The notes beneath the pieces were generated by a model that did no database searches, was not told the origin of the DNA, and saw nothing but the letters and a program-made list of their open reading frames with translations. From IMG/VR virus record IMGVR_UViG_3300045988_151747: a DNA stretch of 64,000 nt; one strand, given 5' to 3'. Both the position numbers and the translations under genes were made by a program. Positions 42,214 to 52,450 of this stretch are shown here, one piece after another. Position 1 is the stretch's first letter. Each line of letters starts with the position of its first letter. This DNA is from a virus.

Positions 42214-42225
42214 AATCGTAAAGTT

Positions 42226-42468
42226 TTAGTCAGTTTCCGGTTTTTTGTCCTCCACAGGTTTTACTGTGTAACGACCTCCTGTACCTTTGACAATCTGAAA
42301 ACCGTTTCTTTTCAACAACTTGTCAGCCAGTTTACTGGACACCCTCCAAAGGTTCCCCAAAAACAAATTGTTAGGGGGTAAGTTAACATATCTCTTGCTG
42401 CATTTGAGAATAAGAACGATTTTCTTAAATTCATCTTCGGGTATTTCAATTTTCTTTCCCATAGTCAA
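42226..42468 (-). CDS. hypothetical protein
   Basis: 80-aa ORF. Confidence 0.5.
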   Translation of the reverse strand: MTMGKKIEIPEDEFKKIVLILKCSKRYVNLPPNNLFLGNLWRVSSKLADKLLKRNGFQIVKGTGGRYTVKPVEDKKPETD

Positions 42469-42570
42469 AATATTAATATCCGACTAACTCGGTACTAAAG
42501 TAGTATAATTGCTGATTATCTAACCTATGATTGGTTACTACTTTGTTACTCCGTCAGCCGGATTTGTTAG

Positions 42571-42786
42571 TTATTCGATTTTCTCAATATGTTCTTTTTT
42601 GTACTTTATGATTTCACCTTGGCATATCAAGTGAACGCCCAAAGTAATAAGAAGTACGCCTACCACCATTCTCCAGTTGTGAAAAGATATGCGGAACGGT
42701 GAAATGCTTATCTCTGTGTGAAGAGCCATAAGGAATACGAGCACCGCCACAGGAATAAGCACAGGAGTTACATCAAAACATCTCAC
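42571..42786 (-). CDS. small membrane protein
   Basis: Two hydrophobic helices. 71 aa. Confidence 0.5.
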   Translation of the reverse strand: MRCFDVTPVLIPVAVLVFLMALHTEISISPFRISFHNWRMVVGVLLITLGVHLICQGEIIKYKKEHIEKIE

Positions 42787-43900
42787 GGTACACCTCCTTT
42801 TCCAACTTTTTAAGCATCCCGGATTTTGTAAGTTCGTTCACAAAATTATCTATACCCTGTACGTGAAGGTCTTTATAGTCATACCAAGAACCTTTACGTT
42901 CTACAAGATTGTATTTCATGGCAAGGTCAACTATCTGTCCGGAAGCATCAGTAGAATATGCCTGTGTTCCTCCATAGTCCACATAGGCGTAAAAGAATGT
43001 GGCACTTCTTTGGGGAACACCCACCTTGTTTTTCACACATTCAATGGATATGTTCCTTCCGATTACAATCTCACCCTCATCAACTTTGGCATTGAGTTTT
43101 TTAAGTGCCTTGAATTTCACGGATAGTGATTTCGTGCGCTTCAACTGTTCACCGTTACGTATGACTTCTGGGTCGCCGTATGCTATGCCCGTTTTTTGGT
43201 ATGCCGAATTGATAACTATAAGGGTGGATTCCTTTGTCGGATTACTGTTCATGGCAGCTTGGAATTTACGGCACGCCTTATTCCAGAACCGTGCTCCGGA
43301 AGCCATCTGCTGGTCTTCCATAGATTTTCCTATTTCCTCGTCAGTACCGATAGCGGACATACTGTCCAGAACCACAAGACTTATTTCTTCACTCTCAAGC
43401 AATGCCTGTATAATATCCACACAGTTACTAAGTAGGGTAGGTCTTACCAAAATAAGACCCTCATTGTCAATACCGAAATTTTCTCCCCAGTCGGGAGTGT
43501 AGGTAGCCTCAATATCCACAAGAGCAACTCTTCGTGCCACAGGTGGTTTTTTGGGCTTATAACCGTCACGCAACTCAAAGGATTCCAGTTCCCTCATTGT
43601 ATCATCGCCTTTATAGGTGAATGACTTGAAAGCGTTAGGCTCATGGTTTGCCCAATCATAATGCTGGAATTTTGCTATGGCATCATAGGAAGCATAGCTT
43701 TTAAGGGAACCGTTCTCACCATAATGTTCGATAACTCTTCCTATGGGGAAACCTCCACAGGTAACATAGTTATATGCCGGAATACGGCTTAATATCTTAC
43801 GGCACTTAGGTAGTGTAGCCGCAGTGTGAACAACTCCGTCACCCATTAAATCGTTAAATTTATTAAGCATGGAGTTTAATACTGAAAGTTTTTTGGCCAT
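42773..43900 (-). CDS. UvsX/RecA-like recombinase
   Basis: Degenerate Walker A HYGENGSLKS (compare the UvsX GPSKxFKS type) and Walker B LVVLDSMSAIGTDEE. 375 aa. Confidence 0.65.
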   Translation of the reverse strand: MAKKLSVLNSMLNKFNDLMGDGVVHTAATLPKCRKILSRIPAYNYVTCGGFPIGRVIEHYGENGSLKSYASYDAIAKFQHYDWANHEPNAFKSFTYKGDDTMRELESFELRDGYKPKKPPVARRVALVDIEATYTPDWGENFGIDNEGLILVRPTLLSNCVDIIQALLESEEISLVVLDSMSAIGTDEEIGKSMEDQQMASGARFWNKACRKFQAAMNSNPTKESTLIVINSAYQKTGIAYGDPEVIRNGEQLKRTKSLSVKFKALKKLNAKVDEGEIVIGRNISIECVKNKVGVPQRSATFFYAYVDYGGTQAYSTDASGQIVDLAMKYNLVERKGSWYDYKDLHVQGIDNFVNELTKSGMLKKLEKEVYREMF

Positions 43901-43904
43901 AGTT

Positions 43905-44444
43905 TTATAGTTTAATAATTTTCCATTTCATTCCATAAGATAAGTTACCCTTATGTGCGGCTTGATAAACAGCACCTTGGGCATACCCATGAGATTTTAA
44001 GTCTTTATGAAGAAACTCTCCAAAAATTTTACCCTCTTTATAAGCCAAATATTTAAATTTGGTTTTTGTTTTGGAATGGTTTCTATTTCGTTTTGATGCT
44101 CCAAGACCATACATTAAATTATAGGAAGCAGTACACCACTCCAAATTATCCACATGATTATTCAGTTTATTTTCGTCCTTATGATTTACCTGTGGAAGTC
44201 TTAAGGGGTTCGGAATAAAAGCCTTAGCAACTAAACGGTGTACTAAATAATTTTTTCGTTTCCCTTCCTCATTGTATAAGTCAATAACGGCATACCCTCT
44301 GATAACTTCTGGGGACCTTATTGTTTCCTTTATGTTACGAGTTTTCCCATTACGCATAGTAATGGTTCTCTCAAGAGATTTTATCCTACCATGAGAAGAT
44401 ATAGCATAGTCATACCCTCTGATTCGTTTCCATATCTCTGTCAT
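43905..44444 (-). CDS. HNH homing endonuclease (NUMOD4-like N-terminus)
   Basis: WKRIRGYDYAISSHGRIKS at the N-terminus and VNHKDENKLNNHVDNLEW as the HNH core. It is free-standing between the recombinase and polymerase genes. Confidence 0.8.
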   Translation of the reverse strand: MTEIWKRIRGYDYAISSHGRIKSLERTITMRNGKTRNIKETIRSPEVIRGYAVIDLYNEEGKRKNYLVHRLVAKAFIPNPLRLPQVNHKDENKLNNHVDNLEWCTASYNLMYGLGASKRNRNHSKTKTKFKYLAYKEGKIFGEFLHKDLKSHGYAQGAVYQAAHKGNLSYGMKWKIIKL

Positions 44445-46300
44445 AATACTCCCATTACTAGACCATAGTTGAATCTGTATGGATAAGAAACAATATCGTC
44501 ATTTTTCATCTCGCCCCAGTTTGCAAGTATTTTGCCATCGGCAATTAACGGCACGTCCAGTTTGACGGTGTTTTCCATACAGTCAATAACCACTTTTTCA
44601 CATTCCATCATTTGGTCCTCACGTACTTCAATAAGAACCTCATCGTGAACCTGCAATAAAAAATGGGCATCAAGATTAAGTTCCTTGAACTTCCGGCACA
44701 TTGCAATAGTAGCCAGTTTCACTATATCCGCACCAGTTCCTTGGATAATGGTATTTACCGCCTGTCTTAATTCAGCATAATACATGGCTTCATTACGGGT
44801 GAACTTGGACTTTGTGGTTTCCTTGAAAACACGTATTCTACCGAACAGATTTTTCACGTACCCATGTTTTCGGGCAAAATTTTCAGTAGCTTCTTTCCAA
44901 TGGGCAAATCCTATGTACGACTTATGATAATTGTCAATCATCTCAATGGCACGTTCCTTGGCCACATTGAAAGTTCTCATATACTTACCGATTCCCATAC
45001 CGTACAGCACGCCAAAGTTCATCACTTTTGCCTGTTTACGGGTAATATTACAGGCTTTGGCAACCTCACCATGTGGGTCACGTCCGTGCAGGAAGATATC
45101 CATAAACCGTTCATCCTTACTCATGTGCGCCATCACACGGAGTTCCAACTGTGAGTAGTCATAGTTGACAAACTTATAGCCCGGTCTTGGAACAAATGCC
45201 TCACGTATGGGAAAATGGTAATTGTTAGGTTGGTTCTGTAAGTTAGGTCCGGTAGATGCGAAACGTCCTGTCTTTGTACCACAACTGTTCAAGTCACCTC
45301 TTAGAACCGAGTGCTCGTCAACCAAGTTAGGAATAGCCTTAACATATCCGGTGTACAATTTGTTCAACTCCGAATATTCGTTCATAAGAGCACCGACACG
45401 TATTCCCATAGAATCCCATTCCTCAAATGTAGCAGCATCCGTACTGGGTGCTCCTGTTTTTTTGGAATAGCTTACAATAGGAAGTTTCATCTTATCAAAG
45501 AATACGGCAGCTTTCTGCTTTGCAGAATTTAAGTTGAACACACAACCGCACTCATCATACACCTCATCAAGTATCTTGGGAAGTTCGGCAGTTATCTGCT
45601 CACCCATTTCCTTTAACAAGGGAACATCAATAAGAACCCCACGAATTTTGGCATCCCGAAGAATCGGAATAAGCGGAAGTTCAATTCTATCATGTATTCT
45701 ATGGGCATCCTCATCCATAAGAGGATTATACTTGTAGAATACTTTTGTGGTCCAGTAAGTGTCCTCACCAGCATAGCCAGCAAGAAGTTCAAGCAGGGAA
45801 TCACCTTCAACAGACCAGTTTATCTTATTCCACGCCTTACCGCATATCTCCTTAAAGGTCTTTTTGACGTAACCGAAATCCTCGGCAACACGTTTCTCTA
45901 GCTGTTTGTCGAGTGACGGGTTTACTAGATGAACCATAACCAGTGTATCCGCGAATATCTTATAACATTCATCCTTGATACCGTTCATCTTATTTATCAT
46001 GGTATCGTACTTGGCGTTGTGTGCTATCAGCTTGTAATGGGGAAACCTCTCATTGCAAACTTCGGCAAGTTCATTCATTGGAACCCCTTTTGAGAAGAAG
46101 AAATCCACTGGAATAAAACAAGCGCCCACACCTTTTTGGTGCAAGGAAAGTCCTAGAGGAATCGCATCATATTCCAACCCTGTGGTTTCCCAGTCAAATG
46201 CAAGAAGTTTATCCTCTTCGCACTTACTGAAATACTCCTTTACTTCCCCGATATTTTCAAGTAACTGAACCACACCTTTGAAAACAGGAATCTTTATCAT
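44441..46300 (-). CDS. DNA polymerase, family A, with 3'-5' exonuclease domain
   Basis: Exo I LAFDWETTGL, motif A DYSQLELRVMAH, TGRFASTGPNLQNQP, and motif C QVHDEVLIE. 619 aa. Confidence 0.92.
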   Translation of the reverse strand: MIKIPVFKGVVQLLENIGEVKEYFSKCEEDKLLAFDWETTGLEYDAIPLGLSLHQKGVGACFIPVDFFFSKGVPMNELAEVCNERFPHYKLIAHNAKYDTMINKMNGIKDECYKIFADTLVMVHLVNPSLDKQLEKRVAEDFGYVKKTFKEICGKAWNKINWSVEGDSLLELLAGYAGEDTYWTTKVFYKYNPLMDEDAHRIHDRIELPLIPILRDAKIRGVLIDVPLLKEMGEQITAELPKILDEVYDECGCVFNLNSAKQKAAVFFDKMKLPIVSYSKKTGAPSTDAATFEEWDSMGIRVGALMNEYSELNKLYTGYVKAIPNLVDEHSVLRGDLNSCGTKTGRFASTGPNLQNQPNNYHFPIREAFVPRPGYKFVNYDYSQLELRVMAHMSKDERFMDIFLHGRDPHGEVAKACNITRKQAKVMNFGVLYGMGIGKYMRTFNVAKERAIEMIDNYHKSYIGFAHWKEATENFARKHGYVKNLFGRIRVFKETTKSKFTRNEAMYYAELRQAVNTIIQGTGADIVKLATIAMCRKFKELNLDAHFLLQVHDEVLIEVREDQMMECEKVVIDCMENTVKLDVPLIADGKILANWGEMKNDDIVSYPYRFNYGLVMGVL

Positions 46301-46319
46301 AATTACTTCAAATAAGAAT

Positions 46320-46348
46320 AAGGAGTTAAGTCTTGAACCTAACTCCTT
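46320..46348 (-). terminator. rho-independent terminator after the SSB gene
   Basis: AAGGAGTTA / TAACTCCTT 9-bp stem with an 11-nt loop, followed by ATTCTTATTT on the minus strand. Confidence 0.6.
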
Positions 46349-46359
46349 ACAGTTAACAC

Positions 46360-47040
46360 TTAATCTTCATCGGTATAACCTGCTTCGTCAATTTCGTCCT
46401 CCGTAGGCGGCTGGCAATATTCCTCGGCAGTCATTCCTTGTTCATCCCAGTCAATAGGTCGCATACGCTTATCATCTTCGTCAAAAGCCTGCTCGAAGTT
46501 ATAAGTGGAATCCTTACCCTCGCCGGAACGTGTGACCTCAAGAACCATTTGATTAAGTTCTCTTCCTTTCTTGTCCTTATCCCTAACCTGTTTAAGTGAG
46601 TTAGCGATAGTAGAACCGACAATCCATATCTTTTCAACAGGTTTGTCGTTCTTAAACCGTTTCTTATCACTGTCCCAAGTACCACGGTAATCAAGAATCT
46701 TGAAAGCAGCACGCCATGTCTGTTTGACACCATCGGAACAAAGGACACAATGTTTTCCTGTATTCAATTGACAGGGAACAATAGTCCATTTTCCTCGTTT
46801 GTCTTTCACTTGATGTGCATCAAAACAATAAGGTTCTTCTTGGAGAATCTGGATAATGGCGCTTTCACCAGTTTTAAGCCAAAATTCACGAAGAGAGTTT
46901 CCAGCTTCTTCAATGCGTTTTTTAACTTCTTCCTGTCGTCTTGCAACAGCACCCCAACCTTGTTCTCTTTTAGAACTTCTCGGTGAACTTTCATCACCAC
47001 CACGTCTTGAACGTGTACGTTCAATAGTCTTACTTGGCAT
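46360..47040 (-). CDS. single-stranded DNA-binding protein (T4 gp32-like)
   Basis: H-x13-C-x7-C-x2-C zinc motif (HQVKDKRGKWTIVPCQLNTGKHCVLC) resembling gp32 H-x12-C-x9-C-x2-C, plus an acidic C-terminal tail DEIDEAGYTDED. Confidence 0.6.
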   Translation of the reverse strand: MPSKTIERTRSRRGGDESSPRSSKREQGWGAVARRQEEVKKRIEEAGNSLREFWLKTGESAIIQILQEEPYCFDAHQVKDKRGKWTIVPCQLNTGKHCVLCSDGVKQTWRAAFKILDYRGTWDSDKKRFKNDKPVEKIWIVGSTIANSLKQVRDKDKKGRELNQMVLEVTRSGEGKDSTYNFEQAFDEDDKRMRPIDWDEQGMTAEEYCQPPTEDEIDEAGYTDED

Positions 47041-47115
47041 AATCTTTAATTTTAAATGGCATTGTATTGCCGGTTACACATAAAATAAAACGAATGTGCT
47101 TTTATCAGTCACACT

Positions 47116-47147
47116 TAAATATAAGAAAATTTTTTCATCTATGCAAA
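47116..47147 (-). promoter_or_regulatory. candidate promoter (TTTG-N20-TATATTTA) upstream of the SSB gene
   Basis: Minus strand: TTTG at 47147-47144 and a 7/8 -7 box at 47123-47116. Confidence 0.4.
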
Positions 47148-47707
47148 TCCTTTTTAAGAGCCTTTAATTCCTTAATTAAAGTAGAAGCGGATTCTAGTTT
47201 GACTACATTTAGTCTTTCCCTTATTTCAACACCCTCAGGGGTAGCACCTACATGTATCATGGATTCCCACAATGAATCATTAGTGATGAGCCTGTCAAGT
47301 AGCTTTCTCCTATTCTCATAAACAATATGGTCTACGTATGTTTCATCCCGTAGATACCTTAGTGTATCAAATGGTATTTTATGTTCATAGGAAAATGTGT
47401 CAAAAGGACCTACTTTTATTGACCGTTTCTCATCCAAGTAAGCTATGGGGTCATTCTCATCATTATAGGGTTTAAATACCTCACGCCACTTTTTTACAAA
47501 GGGCACAGTGTCACCTGTAAAATAATCAAATACATGATTTGATGTTTCTATATTTCTCATAACATCAGTCTTAGGAAAACTGATAGCTACTACCAAACTT
47601 TGTAATGGTGCTATTTTGAGATGTGTTTCAAAATAACTTATAGCATCCTCTTCATTGCTTATATGTATAATAAGCAAATAATCGCAGATTGATAATATCT
47701 TAGTCAT
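47135..47707 (-). CDS. hypothetical protein
   Basis: 190-aa ORF downstream of the primase gene. Confidence 0.55.
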   Translation of the reverse strand: MTKILSICDYLLIIHISNEEDAISYFETHLKIAPLQSLVVAISFPKTDVMRNIETSNHVFDYFTGDTVPFVKKWREVFKPYNDENDPIAYLDEKRSIKVGPFDTFSYEHKIPFDTLRYLRDETYVDHIVYENRRKLLDRLITNDSLWESMIHVGATPEGVEIRERLNVVKLESASTLIKELKALKKDLHR

Positions 47708-48665
47708 TTCTTGCCTCCAATTCTTTTTGTACCTCGGTACATAAGTCCAAATATGAATCCCAGTTCATTGTCATTTCCATAGAGTATTGCAGATAATCGG
47801 TAGAGTTATTAAACGCCCTGCTCCATACTTTCGGAGATATACATTTTTCCGGGTCTTTGCTGAGATAAGGAACTAACAGCACCTCGGTATGATTTTTAAG
47901 TAAGTGATAACAAATCTCGGTAGCCTTTCGTCCGGCAGTATCATTATCAAGGGCAAGGTACACTTTGTCAAACTTTCCCAACTGTTCAGCCTGCCAGTTA
48001 CTTAAGTCAGCCCCCATGATACCCGTGGCATTATAACCGTGCTGATATAACCGCATAACATCAGTCTGACCTTCCACAACTACTACATAGTTATATGAAA
48101 AGTCAAGATTATACAGGTAGTTCTTTTTATCGAACCCTTTACTGTTACGAACTTTCCGGTCGGGGTAATAACATCTTCTCTGATAACCGAGCAAAGTGTC
48201 CGGATTGGAGAAATCCTTGTAATAAGGAATAACGAACCATTCCTTGTCCATCATGCCCACACGAAAATGTTTCAAAGTATCTCTGCGCAAACCCCTTCTA
48301 AGAAATTCCTGCGGAGGATTATTCACATCCCACATTAAGTCAAGTTCGAACTCCTTTTCTTCGGGATGGTAGTCAACAAGGTTGACCATTTCCACCGCCT
48401 CGAAATAATTAACTCCGAACTTCGTGGTAAGCAAACGTACTAGGTTTCCGTGTGCTCCACAGGAAAAGCAATGATAGGCGTTCTTATCGGGAGATACAAA
48501 GAATGACATTCTTCCGCTACCGTCCGGATGATTTTCACGAAACGGGCATTCCATACGAATCTGCCCGTTGGTCATTTTCTGCGGATTGAAGTCTTTGAAT
48601 ACCTCCAGTAAGTCAGTCATTGTTTCTTCTGTTGTTTTTGTTATTCTCCATTCTGTTGAAATCAT
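47700..48665 (-). CDS. DNA primase (DnaG-like: CHC2 zinc finger plus TOPRIM)
   Basis: Zinc finger CPFRENHPDGSGRMSFFVSPDKNAYHCFSCGAHGN. TOPRIM VVVVEGQTDV and LALDNDTAG. Confidence 0.88.
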   Translation of the reverse strand: MISTEWRITKTTEETMTDLLEVFKDFNPQKMTNGQIRMECPFRENHPDGSGRMSFFVSPDKNAYHCFSCGAHGNLVRLLTTKFGVNYFEAVEMVNLVDYHPEEKEFELDLMWDVNNPPQEFLRRGLRRDTLKHFRVGMMDKEWFVIPYYKDFSNPDTLLGYQRRCYYPDRKVRNSKGFDKKNYLYNLDFSYNYVVVVEGQTDVMRLYQHGYNATGIMGADLSNWQAEQLGKFDKVYLALDNDTAGRKATEICYHLLKNHTEVLLVPYLSKDPEKCISPKVWSRAFNNSTDYLQYSMEMTMNWDSYLDLCTEVQKELEARND

Positions 48666-49095
48666 CCATAGCTTCCGACAATTTTTTCAGACTGGCAGAA
48701 AGTCTTGTCATGGCACTTGTATTCTCCTTTGCGGATGTACGGGATGATTCCATAACCTGATTGATGCGTGGGAGCAATCTTTCAATACGGGTAAGTATTT
48801 CACGTAGCTTCAAAGCAAAACGGCTATTTACTACAATGGAATTATACAGTCGTAATGTAGAGAAAGTGCTTATGGCAAACATGATAAGAAATGCCCGGAC
48901 GTATAACCGAACCTCAGATATAGGTGTCCACCATACGATAGGCTCAATGAACAGCCAGACAACGAACAACACACAAATAACTATGAGCATCCATGTAATA
49001 AAGGAAACATAGTTATTCTTGACTGCTTCCCACAAGAATTGAAAAAACAAACCGATTCTCTTAAAGAAAGACGGTCTTACATTATTATCTTCCAT
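48613..49095 (-). CDS. membrane protein
   Basis: 160-aa ORF with two or three hydrophobic helices in the N-terminal half. Confidence 0.5.
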   Translation of the reverse strand: MEDNNVRPSFFKRIGLFFQFLWEAVKNNYVSFITWMLIVICVLFVVWLFIEPIVWWTPISEVRLYVRAFLIMFAISTFSTLRLYNSIVVNSRFALKLREILTRIERLLPRINQVMESSRTSAKENTSAMTRLSASLKKLSEAMDDFNRMENNKNNRRNND

Positions 49096-49427
49096 ATATC
49101 AATAAATAAATTATTCCGTGAATTAAAACTGTCAACAGCCGATGGAACATCAAGGCCTTTTTTCTTGAGCTTGAACATATAAAAGTCACAAAGTTTTTTT
49201 GCAGCTATGTTGGGAACTGTTTCCTGATAAGTAACTGCAAAGGCATGGGAATTGGCTTCAACCAATGCAATCCTTTTGGGATAACCGTCTGTATGCCCAA
49301 CATAATACTTAAAACCCTCATGGTACATAACATGGCTGTACAGGAAATCAAATGCCTTTATTTCACCATGTGTTCCATCATAGGCATAAACAAAAGTTGT
49401 TCCGGTTTCTTTTCTTAATTCATACAT
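49077..49427 (-). CDS. hypothetical protein
   Basis: 116-aa ORF. Confidence 0.5.
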   Translation of the reverse strand: MYELRKETGTTFVYAYDGTHGEIKAFDFLYSHVMYHEGFKYYVGHTDGYPKRIALVEANSHAFAVTYQETVPNIAAKKLCDFYMFKLKKKGLDVPSAVDSFNSRNNLFIDIWKIIM

Positions 49428-49798
49428 AACTGCATAACTCCTAAAGTTAAAGGATTCGTGTTTCTATTATTAAGGTTGTACTTTCCATCCACGAGCACAT
49501 CTTTTGTACGGGTGAAAAAATAATACCGTTTTTCGTCAATAACGGAAAGTGCCGCAGACAAGGCATCCTCCATAACAGCGAAACATGGGTCGGTCATACA
49601 CATTCCGGTAGATGCCTCACTTACTATGTAGCAGTCGGGAAATTCCACATCCTGATGGACAATGAAATCCCAATGGTATCTATGAAAGTACCCGTACACC
49701 ATAACGTCACGAAATCCATCATGGCATCTGACAGTACCCACACCGTTCATGTCCACAAAATCAATAGTCTGTTTTAGTTTCGACTTTCGGTCTTTCAT
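49415..49798 (-). CDS. hypothetical protein
   Basis: 127-aa ORF. Confidence 0.5.
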   Translation of the reverse strand: MKDRKSKLKQTIDFVDMNGVGTVRCHDGFRDVMVYGYFHRYHWDFIVHQDVEFPDCYIVSEASTGMCMTDPCFAVMEDALSAALSVIDEKRYYFFTRTKDVLVDGKYNLNNRNTNPLTLGVMQLCMN

Positions 49799-51041
49799 CT
49801 TCCTCTTTTTTAGCTAAGGTAATTGAATGAAGCATATTATCCAAATCATTCTGGAAAATCAGAGTAGTTCCGGAAACGACACGTCTTGCCTTTACAACTT
49901 CACAACCGATTATATCGTGAAACCTCATATCGGCATCCTGAAACATTCTTATGGCAATATCCGAATCTTGCACGAATGAGTTACCGTATGCAAAATCTTC
50001 CATACCGTCCATAGAAAACTTACTGGCTGTCTTTGAGGAACCACGCTTCAACTGTGTGGTATTGATAATGGGTGTCTTGAAATTTTTTGCGAGCCGTTTC
50101 AGATTACGGGTAATGTAGACTATTTTCTCCCAACCCTCCTGCATCTTACTTTCCATAAGATAGGAACCGTCCACGAATACCGCACTAGGCTGGTACAGAC
50201 CCATAAAGGTTGCAAGTTCGTCAATGGTCTGGCAACTGTAAACTATCCTTATCTTGGACTTATGTTTTTTAAGAGCGTCAAGACCTCTATAATAGCGTGA
50301 CTTTTCCCTTTCGGATAATGTACCTTTCATAAACTTCTCATAGGGGAGCTTGAAACGGATGCAGTCAATACGCTCCTTTATTTCTTCCTCTCCCATTTCA
50401 TTTGTGATAAACAGTATATCACCGAAAGTTTCTTCCGTGGCTTCCATACGGTCAAGTATGGTCTGTTCAAGAAGATAAGCCAGATAAACAAGCAGCCACG
50501 ATTTACCTTGACCAGCCTTACCACCAATGGTAATTAAATCCTGTTTACGGTATCCGAAGAAAGTTTTGTCCAAATCGTCACACCCCATAGAAAGATATGT
50601 GACACCTAAAGATTTCATACGTTCCTCGTAATCAGCCTTACGTGCTTCCACATCATCGGAGTATAACACATCCTTACTTTCAACCGCATCCACCGAAAGC
50701 ATACCTATCAAAGACTGCAACTCAAAAAGTTTCTCACGGGGGTCGTCCTTTATCCCACGCAATATTCTTGGGATATTGTCGGTCATAGTGGCGAATATGA
50801 ATCTTTCCTTTACATTGTTGAGATAGTAACTGGGTCGGGAATCCACAGTTCCCGAATCCAGTTTAAACCTCTCACAGAAAGATTTCACACCCATAATCTC
50901 ACCATGTTCACGATAGTAGTCCATGATAAACTTATGTTGTCGTATCTCAGCACCATCCAACCATTTTCGCTGGATAAGCGATAGTATCTTTTGGTCTTTG
51001 CGTTTCAAGCAAGCAACCATCAACTTTTCTCCCTCGGTCAT
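49761..51041 (-). CDS. replicative DNA helicase (DnaB-like)
   Basis: Walker A IGGKAGQGKSWLL and Walker B-like AVFVDGSYLM. 426 aa. It lies next to the loader and primase genes. Confidence 0.85.
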   Translation of the reverse strand: MTEGEKLMVACLKRKDQKILSLIQRKWLDGAEIRQHKFIMDYYREHGEIMGVKSFCERFKLDSGTVDSRPSYYLNNVKERFIFATMTDNIPRILRGIKDDPREKLFELQSLIGMLSVDAVESKDVLYSDDVEARKADYEERMKSLGVTYLSMGCDDLDKTFFGYRKQDLITIGGKAGQGKSWLLVYLAYLLEQTILDRMEATEETFGDILFITNEMGEEEIKERIDCIRFKLPYEKFMKGTLSEREKSRYYRGLDALKKHKSKIRIVYSCQTIDELATFMGLYQPSAVFVDGSYLMESKMQEGWEKIVYITRNLKRLAKNFKTPIINTTQLKRGSSKTASKFSMDGMEDFAYGNSFVQDSDIAIRMFQDADMRFHDIIGCEVVKARRVVSGTTLIFQNDLDNMLHSITLAKKEEDERPKVETKTDY

Positions 51042-51043
51042 TG

Positions 51044-51664
51044 TTACATTAATTTTCTTTTGTTCCTACTGGCAATAGTCTTTCTGAAATCACCACCTGT
51101 AACGCATACGGTAACAACCGCCTCACTCAACAGGGAAGCGACATCTTCCGAAAATACCTTCTTGACATATTTAGGTTCCGTATTGGATGTTATCCACAGG
51201 GGGCGTTTCATCTGAACGCGGTAACGGACTACTGATTCAATCACCCGTTTTACAAAATCCGGTATCGGTAATGGTTCTCCTGATGAATCCACGTTCTTTC
51301 CGAACTCATCAATACCTAGAAATTGTACATCACGGAGAATCTTGGTCAAGTCCTGTTTCTGTTCGTCAGAATACCACGAGCTTGTATATTTGTCAACAAG
51401 TTCATCCATAGAGAACAACCTAACTGTGTAACCCTTTTCAATGAATCTCTTAAAAGCGCAATTAAGCAAATGTGATTTTCCTGTACCATTGCTCCCCCAA
51501 AGATACATTCCTAATCCGTCATTGACAAACTCATCGGATTTCCGTATATAGTTACGTACCATCTTTAACGCTTTCTCATCATTGGTGTAGTCGGCAAAGG
51601 TCTTATCATGCCAACCGAGTTTTATCCCACAGTACAAATAATATTCAGTTTCTTTCTGTGTCAT
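51044..51664 (-). CDS. DnaC/IstB-like AAA+ helicase loader
   Basis: Walker A LWGSNGTGKSHLL and Walker B FLGIDEFGK. 206 aa. Confidence 0.75.
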   Translation of the reverse strand: MTQKETEYYLYCGIKLGWHDKTFADYTNDEKALKMVRNYIRKSDEFVNDGLGMYLWGSNGTGKSHLLNCAFKRFIEKGYTVRLFSMDELVDKYTSSWYSDEQKQDLTKILRDVQFLGIDEFGKNVDSSGEPLPIPDFVKRVIESVVRYRVQMKRPLWITSNTEPKYVKKVFSEDVASLLSEAVVTVCVTGGDFRKTIASRNKRKLM

Positions 51665-51673
51665 AGTATAATA

Positions 51674-52450
51674 TTAAAATGAACCATCAGTAGTATCCAT
51701 TTCACGCATATAGTCCTTACTGTCAGAATCGGTTCTGGTAAGTTTGCGGAAAATATCATCCTTTCGGTAAGCCACATTTGTAAGTGTGGGCACACCTCTT
51801 GTGGAATACTCGTCATAGTTCAAAGTTCCCTCTATAAGAATTGCGAAAACAGTAAACCTGTCATACGCCTTGAGCATATTGTTGGTCTGGAAATATTCGA
51901 CTTTACTCCGTATGATATACACCTCCCCACCTGTGTACATTTCATACAGGTAACTGTGCAGGTCTGTAAAATCATTCGGAGTAAATGCCTCGACACCTTT
52001 TTCGGCAATCAGTTTGTCAATCTGCTCACGTATATACCTGCTCCGTGATTTGTCTTTTGCGGAACGGGATTTACCATACGCCCTTATGGCATCATCAAGT
52101 TTCTGTTTGGCTTCCTCAAACAAACTGCTCTTAACTTCAAAGGTAAAGAACTTCCTTCCTCTGAACTCCCCAAGATAAATAAGTTCGGGATTTTCTGCGT
52201 CAAAACTGATAAGACCCTCATCCGCCAAATCGTCAAGAGCCTTATCAATTTCATTGTTTTTCTTGGAATTGAACTCCGGAAAATAGTCGTACAAGTCGGA
52301 TATGTTCTCAGAGAATACACCGAATTTCTCGTCACTATCTTCCGGTTCAAAGGAAGTTACCTTGGTAAGTAATGCAGCATATAGCAAATACTTGAAAGGA
52401 ACAAGACCTGTGATAGCCATGTTCTTCCGTAACTTGAATAGACTGTTCAT
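51674..52450 (-). CDS. hypothetical protein, possible replication initiator
   Basis: 258-aa ORF immediately upstream of the loader and helicase genes. The winged-helix-like segment KALDDLADEGLISF is weak evidence. The call rests mostly on position. Confidence 0.3.
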   Translation of the reverse strand: MNSLFKLRKNMAITGLVPFKYLLYAALLTKVTSFEPEDSDEKFGVFSENISDLYDYFPEFNSKKNNEIDKALDDLADEGLISFDAENPELIYLGEFRGRKFFTFEVKSSLFEEAKQKLDDAIRAYGKSRSAKDKSRSRYIREQIDKLIAEKGVEAFTPNDFTDLHSYLYEMYTGGEVYIIRSKVEYFQTNNMLKAYDRFTVFAILIEGTLNYDEYSTRGVPTLTNVAYRKDDIFRKLTRTDSDSKDYMREMDTTDGSF

